Of a DNA stretch of 64,000 nt, positions 36,142 to 47,418 are shown one piece after another. Source of the stretch: Macrostomum lignano (lineage: Eukaryota); the NCBI GenBank assembly GCA_002269645.1, contig NIVC01000175.1, positions 62,001-126,000 on the forward strand, written 5' to 3'. A program made the position numbers and the translations under genes. The notes under the pieces are model-generated. The model did not search any database, had not been told where the DNA came from, and worked only from the letters and a program-made list of their open reading frames with translations. The stretch's first letter is position 1, and each line of letters begins with the position of its first letter.

Positions 36142-39100
36142 ATGACTAAGCTCCACGCTGCCAAAGGAGCGACATTCTGTCTGCAAATAAATTTACAGCA
36201 TTGCGTATCTGCGTCAGTAAATCTGATGAAGATTGCTGAGCTGTACAGGCCAGGCCTCATCCTGATCCAGGAACCCTGGATGCGCAACGGTAAGTTGCCC
36301 AACATTCCCTCTGGCTACTCTGATTTTTATGTGTGTGGCCCGGGGAACAGCCGCCCTAGAGCGGCTATCCTCGCTGCTAGCCATCTCCAGGCTTGGCTGA
36401 GGACTGATCTCTCTGATGGAGACCTTTGCGTCATCCAATCTAATCATTTCTCTCCGCGTACGTGTCTTGTTGCCTCGGTTTATATCCCAGGCGACAGAGA
36501 CCCTGCTCCCGAGAGTTTACTGCGCCTTGCGCAGTACTGCGAGTCCCAGAACGCTGAGCTGTGCTTAGGGGGCGACCTCAACGCGCACCACAAGCACTGG
36601 GGCAGCAAAGATACCAACACTAGAGGAGAGGAGCTTCTGGCCCTCATCTCTAACACAAACCTCATGCTCTGCAACCGCGGCAGCACTCCTACCTTTAATA
36701 ATGGCAGATGGACCGAGGTCCTCGACGCCACACTCGTTACCCCAAGACTCTTTGACAGAGTCAAGGAGTGGAGAGTCTGGTCTGAGGAGCCCTCCCTGTC
36801 TGACCACTGCTTTATCGCCTTTAATATCGCGGACACTAAAACCCAGTCTCCGATCACTTGGAGACGCAATATCCGCAACACTGATTGGGCGGCCTACAAG
36901 GCTGCCCTTGATCTGCACCTGCAGGAACTCACGGACTTACGTCCGATTGAGACCTGCGAGGATGTGGATCATATGGCTGAGACGCTGACAGGTTGCATTA
37001 TTGCAGCCTACGAAGCGGCTTGTCCTGCTCGCGCCTACAGAGGCAAGACCTCGGCGCCGTGGTGGAACCCGGAGCTGGGGAAACTCAGGCGGAAGGCCAA
37101 AAGCCTTCATCGCCGTGCCATGAAGACCGGAAACCCGGAGGACATGGAGCTTTTCCGGCAAGCCTCCCGCAATTTCAAATCTGAAGTGCGCAAGGCCAAG
37201 GAATGTAAGTGGCGCCAATTCTGCAATGAATTGGATCAAGACAGACCTACTTCTAGGCTTGTCAAGGCCCTTACAATGGACAAAATGTCCAAATTAGCCA
37301 TGATAAAAAAAGATGATGGCTCTCTTACTAAAGACCCTGAAGAAGTGCTTCAGCATATGCTTAGCACATTCTTCCCGAGGGTACCTACTGCTAGACCGGA
37401 GCCCAACCATTCGATGGATGGAGCCACCCTAGCGGCGGGCATTGTCACTGAAGACCTAATCGCTCGTGCGGTCAGAACCTTCAAACCCTTCAAATCTCCT
37501 GGACCTGATGGTATCTACCCTGTTCTCCTTCGTGAAGCAGCCAAGATACCCTCGTTCCTGAGACTCACCCGCAATCTTATGCGGGCCTCTATCCAGCTGG
37601 GATACGTTCCCAAAAGCTGGACTGAAGCTCGAGTAGTCTTTATTCCCAAACCTGGGAAGGGTGACTACCAAAGCGTCAAGGCCTTCCGGCCAATTAGCTT
37701 AACGTCAGCAATGCTTAAGCTCACTGAGAGGCTTATTCTCTGGCGGCTGCTCTCCTGCGAGCTGACAGCGATGCCCCTCAGCAATAATCAGCACGCCTTC
37801 CGTACCGGGAGGTCGACTGACAGCGCCCTGCATGCGATTGTCGAAAAGATTGAACGGGCGGTACTGGGTGACGGTTACGCCCTGGCTCTCTTTCTTGACA
37901 TTGTTGGCGCCTTCGACAACGTTATCTTTGAAGCGTTTCAGAGGGCCCTTCAAAATCGCAAAGCTCATGCTACCCTCATACGGTGGATCATGTACATGAT
38001 CTCCAACCGTACGGTCACTGCCCAACTTCTTGGGCAAACTGCCTCCACCAGAGTCTGTAAGGGTGGACCCCAAGGCGGAGTCCTCACCCCGACGCTCTGG
38101 AACCTGGTCATGGACGCTCTTCTGAGTGACTCCCGACCTGACCCCGTCTTCAAAGTCGGGTATGCTGATGACGTCACGGCCATTGTGGCAGGACCGTCTC
38201 CCAGCACGCTCAGGGATCTGATGCAGAGCTTTATCCGCAAAGCAGAATCCTGGGCCAATGACAATGGTTTGGAACTCTCTGAGCCCAAAACCGTTGCCAT
38301 TATGTTTACCAGCAGACTACGCTGGAACATACGTCCTCTGCAGCTCTACGGCAGAGATATTGCCTTCGCGCACCAGACCAGATGTCTCGGGGTCACACTT
38401 GACCACCGGCTCAACTGGTCCTTCCACGTGAAAGCAAAAGCTAAGCGTGCCTCAGCCATCCTGGCCCAGCTCCGACGAGCACTTGGCACTTCTTGGGGTC
38501 TATCCCCAAAGCGGCTTTGGTGGATCTATACTTCCGTAGTTAGACCTGCCATTACGTACGCCTCTGTTGTCTGGGTTAGCGCTACCCAGGTCAAAAGCCA
38601 TGCAGACCTGCTCAACACGATCCAAGGCAGAGCGTGTAGGCTCATCTGCAACGCCACCAGGTCCACGCCCTTTGCTGGCATGGGGGCCTTTCTTAATCTT
38701 CCGCCTCTTGACCTCTTCATCAGGGGTGAGGCGGCTAGAACGACGCGGCGTCTAATTGATGCCGGCGTCAAATTCATTTACATGAGAGCACCTGCTAAGC
38801 GGAACCTTGTCCCGCATAGCGATCTGTGCCTCAACTTTCTCAACGAGTGTCAGGCCAATCGCGTCTTCACCGATGGCATTGCCTCAACGCTCAACCTGAG
38901 ACAGCGCTACTCCGTAGCTATCGACTCGCGCGATAACATCAATGACCATTGGAACCCTGGTGAGCTTCATTGCTACACCGACGGTTCTAAGCAGTCAGCC
39001 AACACCGGCTTTGGTGTTGGAATCTTTCTGAACGGGAGGGTCATCGCTACCCACGCTCAATACACTGGGGTCAACTCCAGTGTTTTCCAAAATGAAGTTC

Positions 39101-39882
39101 TGGCCATCAGCTCCTGCACTGCAGAGCTTCTCGCCACTGGCGTTACTGGTAAGAACATCATTTTCCATTCGGACAGCCAAGCTGCCTTGCACGCCATCAG
39201 TGGCTGCAGCACCAACTCTGCTACAGTCCTTGACTGTATCAAACTCCTCAATGTGTTGGGTTCCGCCAACAAAATTACCCTTAAGTGGGTTCCGGGGCAT
39301 GTGGGGATCCGAGGAAATGAGTTGGCTGACACCCTTGCAAAAGTTGGTGCCTCCGGCTCCTCTCTCGGCCCCGAACCTCTTGTCCCGATTCCTGGCTGTG
39401 TCATCGACTCGCGCATCAAAGCGTGGATCAGGACTCAGCACCGCTCGACTTGGGCGAACCGCACGAACTGCAGGCAATCCAGAGGCGCTGTCCCTCAGCC
39501 CTCTCACCAGCTCCGGAAGCTCCTCTTGCGCCTCTCGCGCAGAGACATCCGGGCTGCCACCATGACCCTCTCTGGTCACGGCTGCTTCTCCAGGCACCAG
39601 TACCTGCAGGGCAACGCCACCAACGCCACCTGTAGTTTCTGCAACTCAGGTGACGAAACCGCTGAGCATTTCGTCAGCATCTGTCCCGCCTTCACGCGGG
39701 CCAGACTCACTTACCTCGGGCCACACACATCTATTACTGAAGCGTGCAAACCCGAAAACTTTAATCAGCTCATGCGCTACCTTCGGGCCACCCGCAGGGC
39801 TGAACTCTCCTTTCCAGAGAGCACCATAGCTGCTGGCGACACTGGGGGACCTCCCTGGGCGGCGCCAACCCTCCGTCCATAG
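36142..39882 (+). CDS. LINE ORF2, 1246 aa, uninterrupted: AP endonuclease, reverse transcriptase, RNase H, CCHC knuckle
   Basis: QINLQH, LIQEP, GDLNAHH, SDH (APE); KSPGPDG, FRPISL, QHAFR, PQGGVL, YADD (RT); YTDGSK, SDSQA, WVPGH, GNELAD (RNase H); CSFC...EHFVSIC. Confidence 0.97.
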   Translation: MTKLHAAKGATFCLQINLQHCVSASVNLMKIAELYRPGLILIQEPWMRNGKLPNIPSGYSDFYVCGPGNSRPRAAILAASHLQAWLRTDLSDGDLCVIQSNHFSPRTCLVASVYIPGDRDPAPESLLRLAQYCESQNAELCLGGDLNAHHKHWGSKDTNTRGEELLALISNTNLMLCNRGSTPTFNNGRWTEVLDATLVTPRLFDRVKEWRVWSEEPSLSDHCFIAFNIADTKTQSPITWRRNIRNTDWAAYKAALDLHLQELTDLRPIETCEDVDHMAETLTGCIIAAYEAACPARAYRGKTSAPWWNPELGKLRRKAKSLHRRAMKTGNPEDMELFRQASRNFKSEVRKAKECKWRQFCNELDQDRPTSRLVKALTMDKMSKLAMIKKDDGSLTKDPEEVLQHMLSTFFPRVPTARPEPNHSMDGATLAAGIVTEDLIARAVRTFKPFKSPGPDGIYPVLLREAAKIPSFLRLTRNLMRASIQLGYVPKSWTEARVVFIPKPGKGDYQSVKAFRPISLTSAMLKLTERLILWRLLSCELTAMPLSNNQHAFRTGRSTDSALHAIVEKIERAVLGDGYALALFLDIVGAFDNVIFEAFQRALQNRKAHATLIRWIMYMISNRTVTAQLLGQTASTRVCKGGPQGGVLTPTLWNLVMDALLSDSRPDPVFKVGYADDVTAIVAGPSPSTLRDLMQSFIRKAESWANDNGLELSEPKTVAIMFTSRLRWNIRPLQLYGRDIAFAHQTRCLGVTLDHRLNWSFHVKAKAKRASAILAQLRRALGTSWGLSPKRLWWIYTSVVRPAITYASVVWVSATQVKSHADLLNTIQGRACRLICNATRSTPFAGMGAFLNLPPLDLFIRGEAARTTRRLIDAGVKFIYMRAPAKRNLVPHSDLCLNFLNECQANRVFTDGIASTLNLRQRYSVAIDSRDNINDHWNPGELHCYTDGSKQSANTGFGVGIFLNGRVIATHAQYTGVNSSVFQNEVLAISSCTAELLATGVTGKNIIFHSDSQAALHAISGCSTNSATVLDCIKLLNVLGSANKITLKWVPGHVGIRGNELADTLAKVGASGSSLGPEPLVPIPGCVIDSRIKAWIRTQHRSTWANRTNCRQSRGAVPQPSHQLRKLLLRLSRRDIRAATMTLSGHGCFSRHQYLQGNATNATCSFCNSGDETAEHFVSICPAFTRARLTYLGPHTSITEACKPENFNQLMRYLRATRRAELSFPESTIAAGDTGGPPWAAPTLRP

Positions 39883-40369
39883 CGACGCGTCGGCCGTTCA
39901 GGGACTAGCGGAATGGGCGCCCGCGCCTTCCCGCTGTGTCCCCTCCGGGACAGCCCTGCAGCTAAGTCAAGATCTCATGCTAACAGCACTTCATCCAATT
40001 TGATAGAGCCACCGAAAGAAATATAGTCCCGATTGTTAGACACTTCATCTCGATACAATACAATTGAATAAAGTCACCATAAGTAAAACTTATATATACA
40101 TGTAGAGAGCTTTGCCGCGACCCATTGTTTACTGAAAATGTTGCGCAGATGCATTGCTCAGCTAAGTATCTCTGATTCGGGGCTCATGGAGACAGCCATG
40201 GCTTTGGGGTTGCTGCCTGGTTAAAGGCTTAGTGGTCACATGTTCTAGTAAGCGCTCCAGTGCGAAAATTCAGCTCTATATGAAGCTGTTGGTCCTCAGT
40301 TTCGGAATGACTCCCGGCTCGCTGTTTCTTTTTCAGACCCATGAACCGTATCCAGTACATTCTTCAGCT

Positions 40370-40682
40370 TACTATTTTATATTAACTATAATAAAAATAA
40401 CTGATTACACCTGCCAGATGTGCAACCGACAGCTCAGCCGCAGCTATTGCGCGGCGCATCTAAAGGCTGCGTACGGCTGTTCAGTCCAAGGACTGGGGGT
40501 TCGCCACACACACCCTCAATTACCCCAGCTAATGCTGGCACCCATTTTACAGCTGGGTGAACTGAAGCAATGCAAAATTAAATGTCTTGCTCAGGGACAC
40601 AAATTGTTCCAGTGGGATCGGAAATCGAACCCTTGACCTTCAAGTCTTGAGTCCGACGCTTTAACCGCTAGGCTACAACCCC
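40370..40682 (-). mobile_element. tRNA-derived CORE-type SINE
   Basis: Minus strand: A box TAGCCTAGCGG, B box GGTTCGATTTCC, then GTGTCCCTGAGCAAGACATTTAA...CAGCTGTAAAATGGG resembling the MIR/CORE domain; AT-rich tail. Confidence 0.7.
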
Positions 40683-41581
40683 TATGAAAATCTATTGACT
40701 ACAAAAACATTCTACGAGCCTACGAGCTCCAAAAAAGTGTAGGGACTTTTATCCCTGGACAGGCAAAGACAACTTAATGCAGCTTAGCGCTCGTATTACT
40801 TAAATAATATAGCCGATTGTTGCACTTATGACAGGAAGTTCCATACGTTTATACGTATTCGTGGACTGGATCGCTGGCTGCGCAGGTGTAGCTTGCGACT
40901 CCATAAATAGAGTACTCATATAGCCTGCGTCAGGGTTGCTCGCTTGCTCCTAGCCTCTGCTTCCAGCCCAGAGACCCGGTATCATGTAGGTTGCAATGGC
41001 GGCTTTTTTCCTTGGCTCGACAGCTCTATATCACTTAATTTCTGTTGCCAAAATAAGTAGGTAATTTTAAAGTGACGCCAAATCTTTTAACCTTTTTTGG
41101 AATTTTAGCAGACTGTGGATTGATAAGAAAAGCGCGCCGTGTCTGCAGCTTTAAAATCTAGTGGTAGATCTTCTTAACGAACTGTAACAGGCTCAATCGT
41201 TCTTCGCTAAAAGATCCCACTCAAAGCCACCAAGTATTACAGAACTATTTGTTCCTAGCTGAAATCCTACCAATTAGTTACCAATTTGTTGTAGGTTTTG
41301 CTTTGCTTCTAAGTCCTATCTTACTAAACTGTCACTGGGTCGTCTACTTTAAGTAGGATTGTCTGCTCCTAAGCTACGATTTTTTTCCTAAAATTTCCTA
41401 ACTCACGTGATTTCTTAGAAATCTGTGATAGCGTTTAGTGCCCGGGCGGTAAGACACTGTCTAATTTCCTAATTAAGTCCGAAAGTCTTGCGTCTTCCGA
41501 GGATCAAGGGTGTCCAGCTGTAGCTACCTAATCCTCTAATACCTAGCGCCTAATGTCTATTGCTAGCCTGCACGGCTTTCT

Positions 41582-41842
41582 TAGGGTCTGCACGACCTCA
41601 AGTTCCCCTTTTTAGGCTCCTATTCTGGGTCTCCACGACCTAGAGTTCTCCCTATTCCAGATCCCTATTTTTGGGTCTTCACGACCTCGAGTTCTCCCTA
41701 TTCAGACTCCTAGTTCTGGGTCTCCACGACCTCGAGTTCTCCCTATTCCAGATACCTATTTTTGGGTCTCCACGACCTCGAGTTCTCCCTATTCCAGATA
41801 CCTATTTTTGGGTCTCCACGACCTCGAGTTCTCCCTATTCAG
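41582..41842. repeat. About 46-bp tandem repeat, about 6 copies
   Basis: Unit GGGTCTCCACGACCTCGAGTTCTCCCTATTCCAGATACCTATTTTT; the first copies are more diverged; no unique spacers. Confidence 0.9.
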
Positions 41843-43368
41843 TAAAGAAATAGCGAAACAAGTCTTAGTGATTTTTTTAGAGTTGAACTTCGAATTCGAA
41901 GAGTTATTAAGCAGTAAAATGGTTTTAAGCAAGAGAGCGAGTGGTTTATTTTCTAGTCCGAATTGCTTCCTTTTATAGTAGATTACAAGAGGAGGGGGTG
42001 AGCACTACGCATTGAAACAAATATTAACAAAATTTATAACAAATTAGAATTTAAACAAAAAAATTTACGAGATTAAAACAAAAGGGAAAAATTTTTCAGA
42101 TTGGTGGGGATAAAATACGCACGGTTAATTACTATAAGTATAATAATTAGATTATTTATATAACCTTGCCTCAGAACGAAACCAATTTTAAATCCTCGGA
42201 GTGGTGCTTAATGATTTCAACAAAAATTTTTTGAGCACGTATGAAGAAAAAAAGTGAAAGAAAGCACACGACGAAGAATAAAATAAGTTCCTAATGACAA
42301 AAGGAGAAACACATATTAATAATAAAACCTCACTGATACTGTATTTATGCTCTATATAGCAAAAATAGACCAAAACATCCGCTAACCAGATACATGCATC
42401 TGTTTAAGCTAAAGAAGGAGTAGGCTAGCCGATAAACCAAGATTCTAACTTAGGAATATGTAACTGTTCTTGCCATCAAACATTCAAGTACATTAAAGTG
42501 AAGGGATAGGCTGAACTCGAGGTTATTTAGCGGAAGATTCTGGTAGCAGGCGGTCTATTAGAGATGAACAATAAAATATTTCACATTTTGTTAAAGAAAA
42601 AGTTTTACCAGAATTCTCTTTTATCTTCTCATTTTTCATTTCTCAACTAAGCTATTGCCAAAGACGATAATACAACAAACTGTAGTTTTTAATTACATAT
42701 TAAAATTAAAATAATATTAATATTACTGAAAAATTATCTATATCTTACGTTCAGAACTTCGACGCTTTGTTTTATCGACAAAAATCATAAAATCTTACAG
42801 CAAAAAAATTGTATCACAAACAAAATTAATAGAAATAAGCTATATGTATAGGATAAAAAATTGATTGCTTTGTTTATCTGAGGTCATAGATATACAAGTA
42901 CGCAATATAATCGAAGTTGAAGTGAGGGTTTTCATTTAAAAAAAGCATCAAGTGCATAAAAATCTTGACGAGTACATTTAGAATGGTAAATCAATTCTAA
43001 TCATTAAGTAATGAGAATTCAATAACGACACTGAATCATTTACAGTAGCGCATACAGCCTCAAAATTCACTCGCTATAGGCATCTCATTAAAAAAGGAAT
43101 TATCTGACTAACAATAATGCGTCCAGTTTTGGAATATGCCCTCATCAAAAAAATTTTTCAAAATGTAGGACTTGAACTAAGAACTGACACACAAACAACA
43201 ATAGAATAGGGATAGGTCACGCGCTCGCGAAACAGCCAGGAGGGACAGGCGGCTGCGGTCTGGGGACAAAACATTAAGAGACTGTTTAAGAACGTCTGCA
43301 GACTGAATAGTCAATGGAGCTCGTACACCTGAAAGAAAATTTAACAAAGGCAGGTATATGAACAAAAG

Positions 43369-46341
43369 TTAAGCGCTCTGAACATTCTCGCTGAGCCAGG
43401 CTCTCAAAGACGGCAAGTTGCTTTCCATCCACTTGATGTTGATGCGAACACTCTCCAGAGCCAGATCCATGGCGCGTGTTGCAGCTCCGAGACTGTTTTC
43501 TTCTTTAAATCTTTCCATTTCAGCCAGTTTCTGGGCGTTGTTAAAGTCAGCCAGGTTGTTAATAAAGTAAGAAATCGTGAAGGCTCCAGGAACAACTTCC
43601 TGAATTTGATTCCAGTTTCTCTGCAAAAAATCCCAAACGATTTGCAGGCCATTTGGATTGGCTGCAACACTTGAAAACACAGTCGATACGTCCTGCCTTC
43701 GAATTTTGGACTCGTCCAGAGCGTAGTCCAGGTACCGGTTAAGAATCCATGGCTCGCTGGTGCACGCCAGACTGCGGATGATGTCGTTCTGAGTTCCCGG
43801 GTGAGCCACGGTCTTGCTGAACTCGAATAGACGGTCCCACACAGCAACAAATGAAGTGGCCACTCCTTCGCACAGGACCCTCCGTCGGATGTCGGGCGTG
43901 ATAGTCGATGTGAAAGACGAGTTTACGAACTCTTCGAACTTGTTTGTTGCAGCCGTTTCACAGCTTCTCAGACGGTACAAACACGCTGACGACACGATGA
44001 GGCCTCGCTTCAGCTTAGTCAAGTGGGTGTCCGTGTCCTTGTTGTCAAGTCCGACATCGTTGAATGCTCCCTCGAGTAGGTTTCGCATGTACGCACTCAG
44101 CGGTCCGTACTCGGGAGACTGTCGGTGGAGCATTGAGTGCAGGTAGCCGATCTTTGACAGAGCAGACGACCACGGAACATAGTGCGTCTCATTCTTCAAG
44201 TACCTGGTCATGTTGAGTGGAATGCTGTAGTCCAGATAGCCGGCACTGGCCAGAGCGAAGCTGTCATCGAGCAGACGAGCCCTGTCCTGCGGACTGAACA
44301 CCGTGTGATCCGAGACCAGCTGATCGATGAGTCGCTTCCAGTTGTCCAAGTCGTAGTTTACTCTGTAGAAGCCGGACGAGCGAAGGTTGAGCAGATACCA
44401 GTCGTCAGCCGTGTTGTTGAATTCGAAGGACTGCTCCTTCTCGGCCATCCAGTTTACGAAGCCCGACACGTCCTCAGGAGTTCCCGAGGTGAGGTTCTGC
44501 TTGGTTCCCATGGTGACAGGGATGATCCACGTGTAGTTGTAGTCGCTCGGGTAGCTCGGAACCTGACTGGGGTCGCTCAGAAAGTGATTCTGTGTCAGTG
44601 TGAGACGTCGAGCCGCAGTCGAAACGGAACAGTTTAGCACGGGGTAGCCCATCTGCTTGATCCAGCGATCCATCACTGAGCCGACGTCGAGAGACTTATT
44701 TGTGGACTCGGAGTACTGCCGGGTCAGACTGTCATAGAGAGCGGTGTGGAATGTGTTTCCGTAGCTGTTCTGACGCAGGTAGTTTCCGACACCCTTGCGG
44801 AAGACCTCGTCACCGACAAAGCCGTGAAGCATGCGAAGAACGGTGGCTCCTTTTCTGTACGTGATCGTGTCGAAGATTTCGTTTATCTGGCTGGGATTGT
44901 ACACTTGAAGATAAATTGGGTGGCTGGCACCTTTTGAGTCAACATCAAATGCCGTTCTCTGTTGAGTCGGCACAAACTGAGCGTCAATTTCCCAATCTGG
45001 ATGGTAGTCATTTACTCCGATGTTCTGAACGAAGCTTGCGAATCCTTCGTTCAACCAAATATCGTCCCACCATTCAGGAGTGACCAAATTTCCAAACCAC
45101 ATATGAGCAAGCTCATGGCTTACAACGCTTCCTATCGACTGTTTAATCGCGCTTGTGTCTCTTGTATCGTTAAATACAAGTCGACCCTCACGATAGATAA
45201 TGAGCCCCCAGTTTTCCATTGCGCCAGCGTTGAAATCTGGTACTGCAGCCTGGTCCGTCTTGTTCAGTGGATACGACACATTAAAGTACCACTCAAAGTA
45301 CTCCGTAATGTTCCTTACTACGTCAAGTGAGTAATCGGTCTGGTTCACGAACTCAGGTCGAGCCCAGTTTCGATATTCTCTCCCCTGAGAGTCCATAGCT
45401 TGGATGCGCTCAAACTGAGACACGATAAACGCCAGAAGGTACGTGGACATGATCGGAGTGGTCTCGAAGTCCTCCTTCACCAGCTGCTCTGAGTCAGTCA
45501 TCTCGCTGAACCATGTCGAAGCACTCACGTTCGTAGTACGAATGGACGGCATGTTGCTTATTGAAATGTAGTCTGAACGCCTCACAAGACTCACATCGAA
45601 CGTGGCCTTGAATGCCGGCTCGTCGAAACATGGAAACGTCTTTCTCGCGTCAGTCGGTTGCAGATGTGAGGTGGCCAGGTACTTTGTAGCTCCGTTCTCG
45701 GGGTACGAGCTCAGATACAAACCTCGAAGATCAGATTGAAGCGGAGCTCTGAACCAGGCAATCTCGATCACGACGTCGGTGCTGTTCGCTGAGAGCGGCA
45801 CGCTTAGATCGATGCTGTACCACTCACGATCTTCGTCGTACATACAGCTGTCGACAGTGTAGTTTTTGTTTGATGTAGAGTTGTAAACCCGAATGTCCGC
45901 AGCCGTTAGCAAGATCTTCGTCGCGTGCAACTTGATGTTGCTGGTTGATTCGTTGATGCTGAGCCTCACCTTCATGGAGCCGGTAAAGTAGAACTCCGAC
46001 GCGTTGGTTCCGTAAATATAGGGCGCCAGAGTGACATTGTAGTGCAGCGGTTTTACTCCAGTCGGCAGTCGGACGTCTGTGACGAGCGGCGGCGCCGTCG
46101 TAGGTCCGGCAGTCGTCGTCAAAGTCGTCGCAGGTGGCGCGGCGGTCGAAGGAGGGTAAGGGTCGCATTTCGGAGCCGTGAAGTGTACGATGAGGCCTAC
46201 CGCTACGACGGAGCCTGCAAAGACGAGTGCCAGCGCGACAAGGATAGGTACGGTGAGGAAGAGGCCTCTCTTGCTAGAGCCACCGTCCCCACGTAAGCTC
46301 ACGCTGCTGTCGGAGCCTTTGTACATGGCGTAGCCGCCCAT
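43369..46341 (-). CDS. M1 aminopeptidase N-like, copy 3, type II membrane protein, 990 aa, intronless
   Basis: TM anchor, GAMEN, HELAH-x18-E, ITYRKG; uninterrupted ORF. Confidence 0.96.
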   Translation of the reverse strand: MGGYAMYKGSDSSVSLRGDGGSSKRGLFLTVPILVALALVFAGSVVAVGLIVHFTAPKCDPYPPSTAAPPATTLTTTAGPTTAPPLVTDVRLPTGVKPLHYNVTLAPYIYGTNASEFYFTGSMKVRLSINESTSNIKLHATKILLTAADIRVYNSTSNKNYTVDSCMYDEDREWYSIDLSVPLSANSTDVVIEIAWFRAPLQSDLRGLYLSSYPENGATKYLATSHLQPTDARKTFPCFDEPAFKATFDVSLVRRSDYISISNMPSIRTTNVSASTWFSEMTDSEQLVKEDFETTPIMSTYLLAFIVSQFERIQAMDSQGREYRNWARPEFVNQTDYSLDVVRNITEYFEWYFNVSYPLNKTDQAAVPDFNAGAMENWGLIIYREGRLVFNDTRDTSAIKQSIGSVVSHELAHMWFGNLVTPEWWDDIWLNEGFASFVQNIGVNDYHPDWEIDAQFVPTQQRTAFDVDSKGASHPIYLQVYNPSQINEIFDTITYRKGATVLRMLHGFVGDEVFRKGVGNYLRQNSYGNTFHTALYDSLTRQYSESTNKSLDVGSVMDRWIKQMGYPVLNCSVSTAARRLTLTQNHFLSDPSQVPSYPSDYNYTWIIPVTMGTKQNLTSGTPEDVSGFVNWMAEKEQSFEFNNTADDWYLLNLRSSGFYRVNYDLDNWKRLIDQLVSDHTVFSPQDRARLLDDSFALASAGYLDYSIPLNMTRYLKNETHYVPWSSALSKIGYLHSMLHRQSPEYGPLSAYMRNLLEGAFNDVGLDNKDTDTHLTKLKRGLIVSSACLYRLRSCETAATNKFEEFVNSSFTSTITPDIRRRVLCEGVATSFVAVWDRLFEFSKTVAHPGTQNDIIRSLACTSEPWILNRYLDYALDESKIRRQDVSTVFSSVAANPNGLQIVWDFLQRNWNQIQEVVPGAFTISYFINNLADFNNAQKLAEMERFKEENSLGAATRAMDLALESVRINIKWMESNLPSLRAWLSENVQSA

Positions 46342-47418
46342 CTCTACTTCTTAAATACTCTTAATAAGAAGTAGGGGTATTTTTCGTTCTTTTTGGGTTG
46401 GTTTTTTCGCTTTATATATGTATAGTCTTAATCTAGGTTGTAAGGTATGCGGCTTTTAAGTGAATAATTGCGCTTCGCGAGGTTTCTGTGTGATAAATAT
46501 GCGATTTTTTATTAAACTCCAATGTTACTAAGTAGACCTTATCCGTCGTTTTGGGTGAGCGACGCGAAGTTTTCCTTATCTGATTCTAAGACGCCGAACG
46601 TAGCTGTTCGCTTCGTTTGCGATAGCTGGCCATTTGCAAATATTGCAACTCTCAGCGATCGGGCCTGAAGATTTCATATTCTTGTAGGTCTAGGGAGACG
46701 CTCAAAAGTAGCATGCTCGCTACATTTCCTTATCATTCGCTAATTTGTTGCGGGCAGATTTAGTTTAGTTTTAGCCACGCATTGCATACATTTAGACTGT
46801 AGATTTTTTATGAGCAGGGCCGATAATCTAGTGCTGGCAAGTAGCCTAAAGTGTTCGGCAAGCGCTATCAGACTGCCGCACCATAAAGTTGCCATTTTAT
46901 TTTGGCCTTGCTTCCTTATCTTCGTGACTTTATTGCTCAATATTAAGGATGGGTAACGACAAAAGTTTGGAGGCTAATCTATTAAAAAGATAGTCCTCGA
47001 AAATCATTACTTGGATAATTTTTACCTCAGAGACAAACTTACTGACTTCAATGAATTACACTGAAAACTTGGCCTCCAACTTTTGTTGTTTAACTTCCCT
47101 GATATTGAGTAATAAAGGCCAAAAAAGCTTTTGATGCTTCTTCTTTGATTAACGTTCCTGCAGGTTATACTTAAACTTGGCACCCTGAAATGTTTTAGGA
47201 GAGTGTAATACGTGCGTAATTTCCTGCAGGCAATGAGAAATTCAGGGCTGCTGTACACGCTGTGTGAGCGTGTGCTTGCATAGGAATGCTTTTCCTAATG
47301 CGTCATCTCTTATTGGGGGTCGACTGCCTTTGACTTGCAGAGCAAGTGCAGTTAGACTTAGCTTGTAATCTAACGAACTAAATAAACTTTCTCAGTCTTC
47401 TGATATTGAGACTTTCTA

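Larger units (their letters stand above)
34078..39969 (+). mobile_element. Full-length non-LTR retrotransposon, LOA-clade-like (ORF1 plus APE-RT-RNaseH-CCHC)
   Basis: 12-bp TSD AGATCTCATGCT at 34066-34077 and 39970-39981; two ORFs; GC-rich relative to flanks; no poly(A) tail. Confidence 0.93.

Noticed and set aside
41582-41842. CRISPR array
   Set aside because: Units are contiguous with no variable spacers.
21388-46296. Plus-strand ORFs antisense to the aminopeptidase copies (e.g. 22137-22634, 28926-29681, 44182-44637)
   Set aside because: Shadow ORFs of GC-rich coding sequence; they recur only because the sense genes are duplicated.
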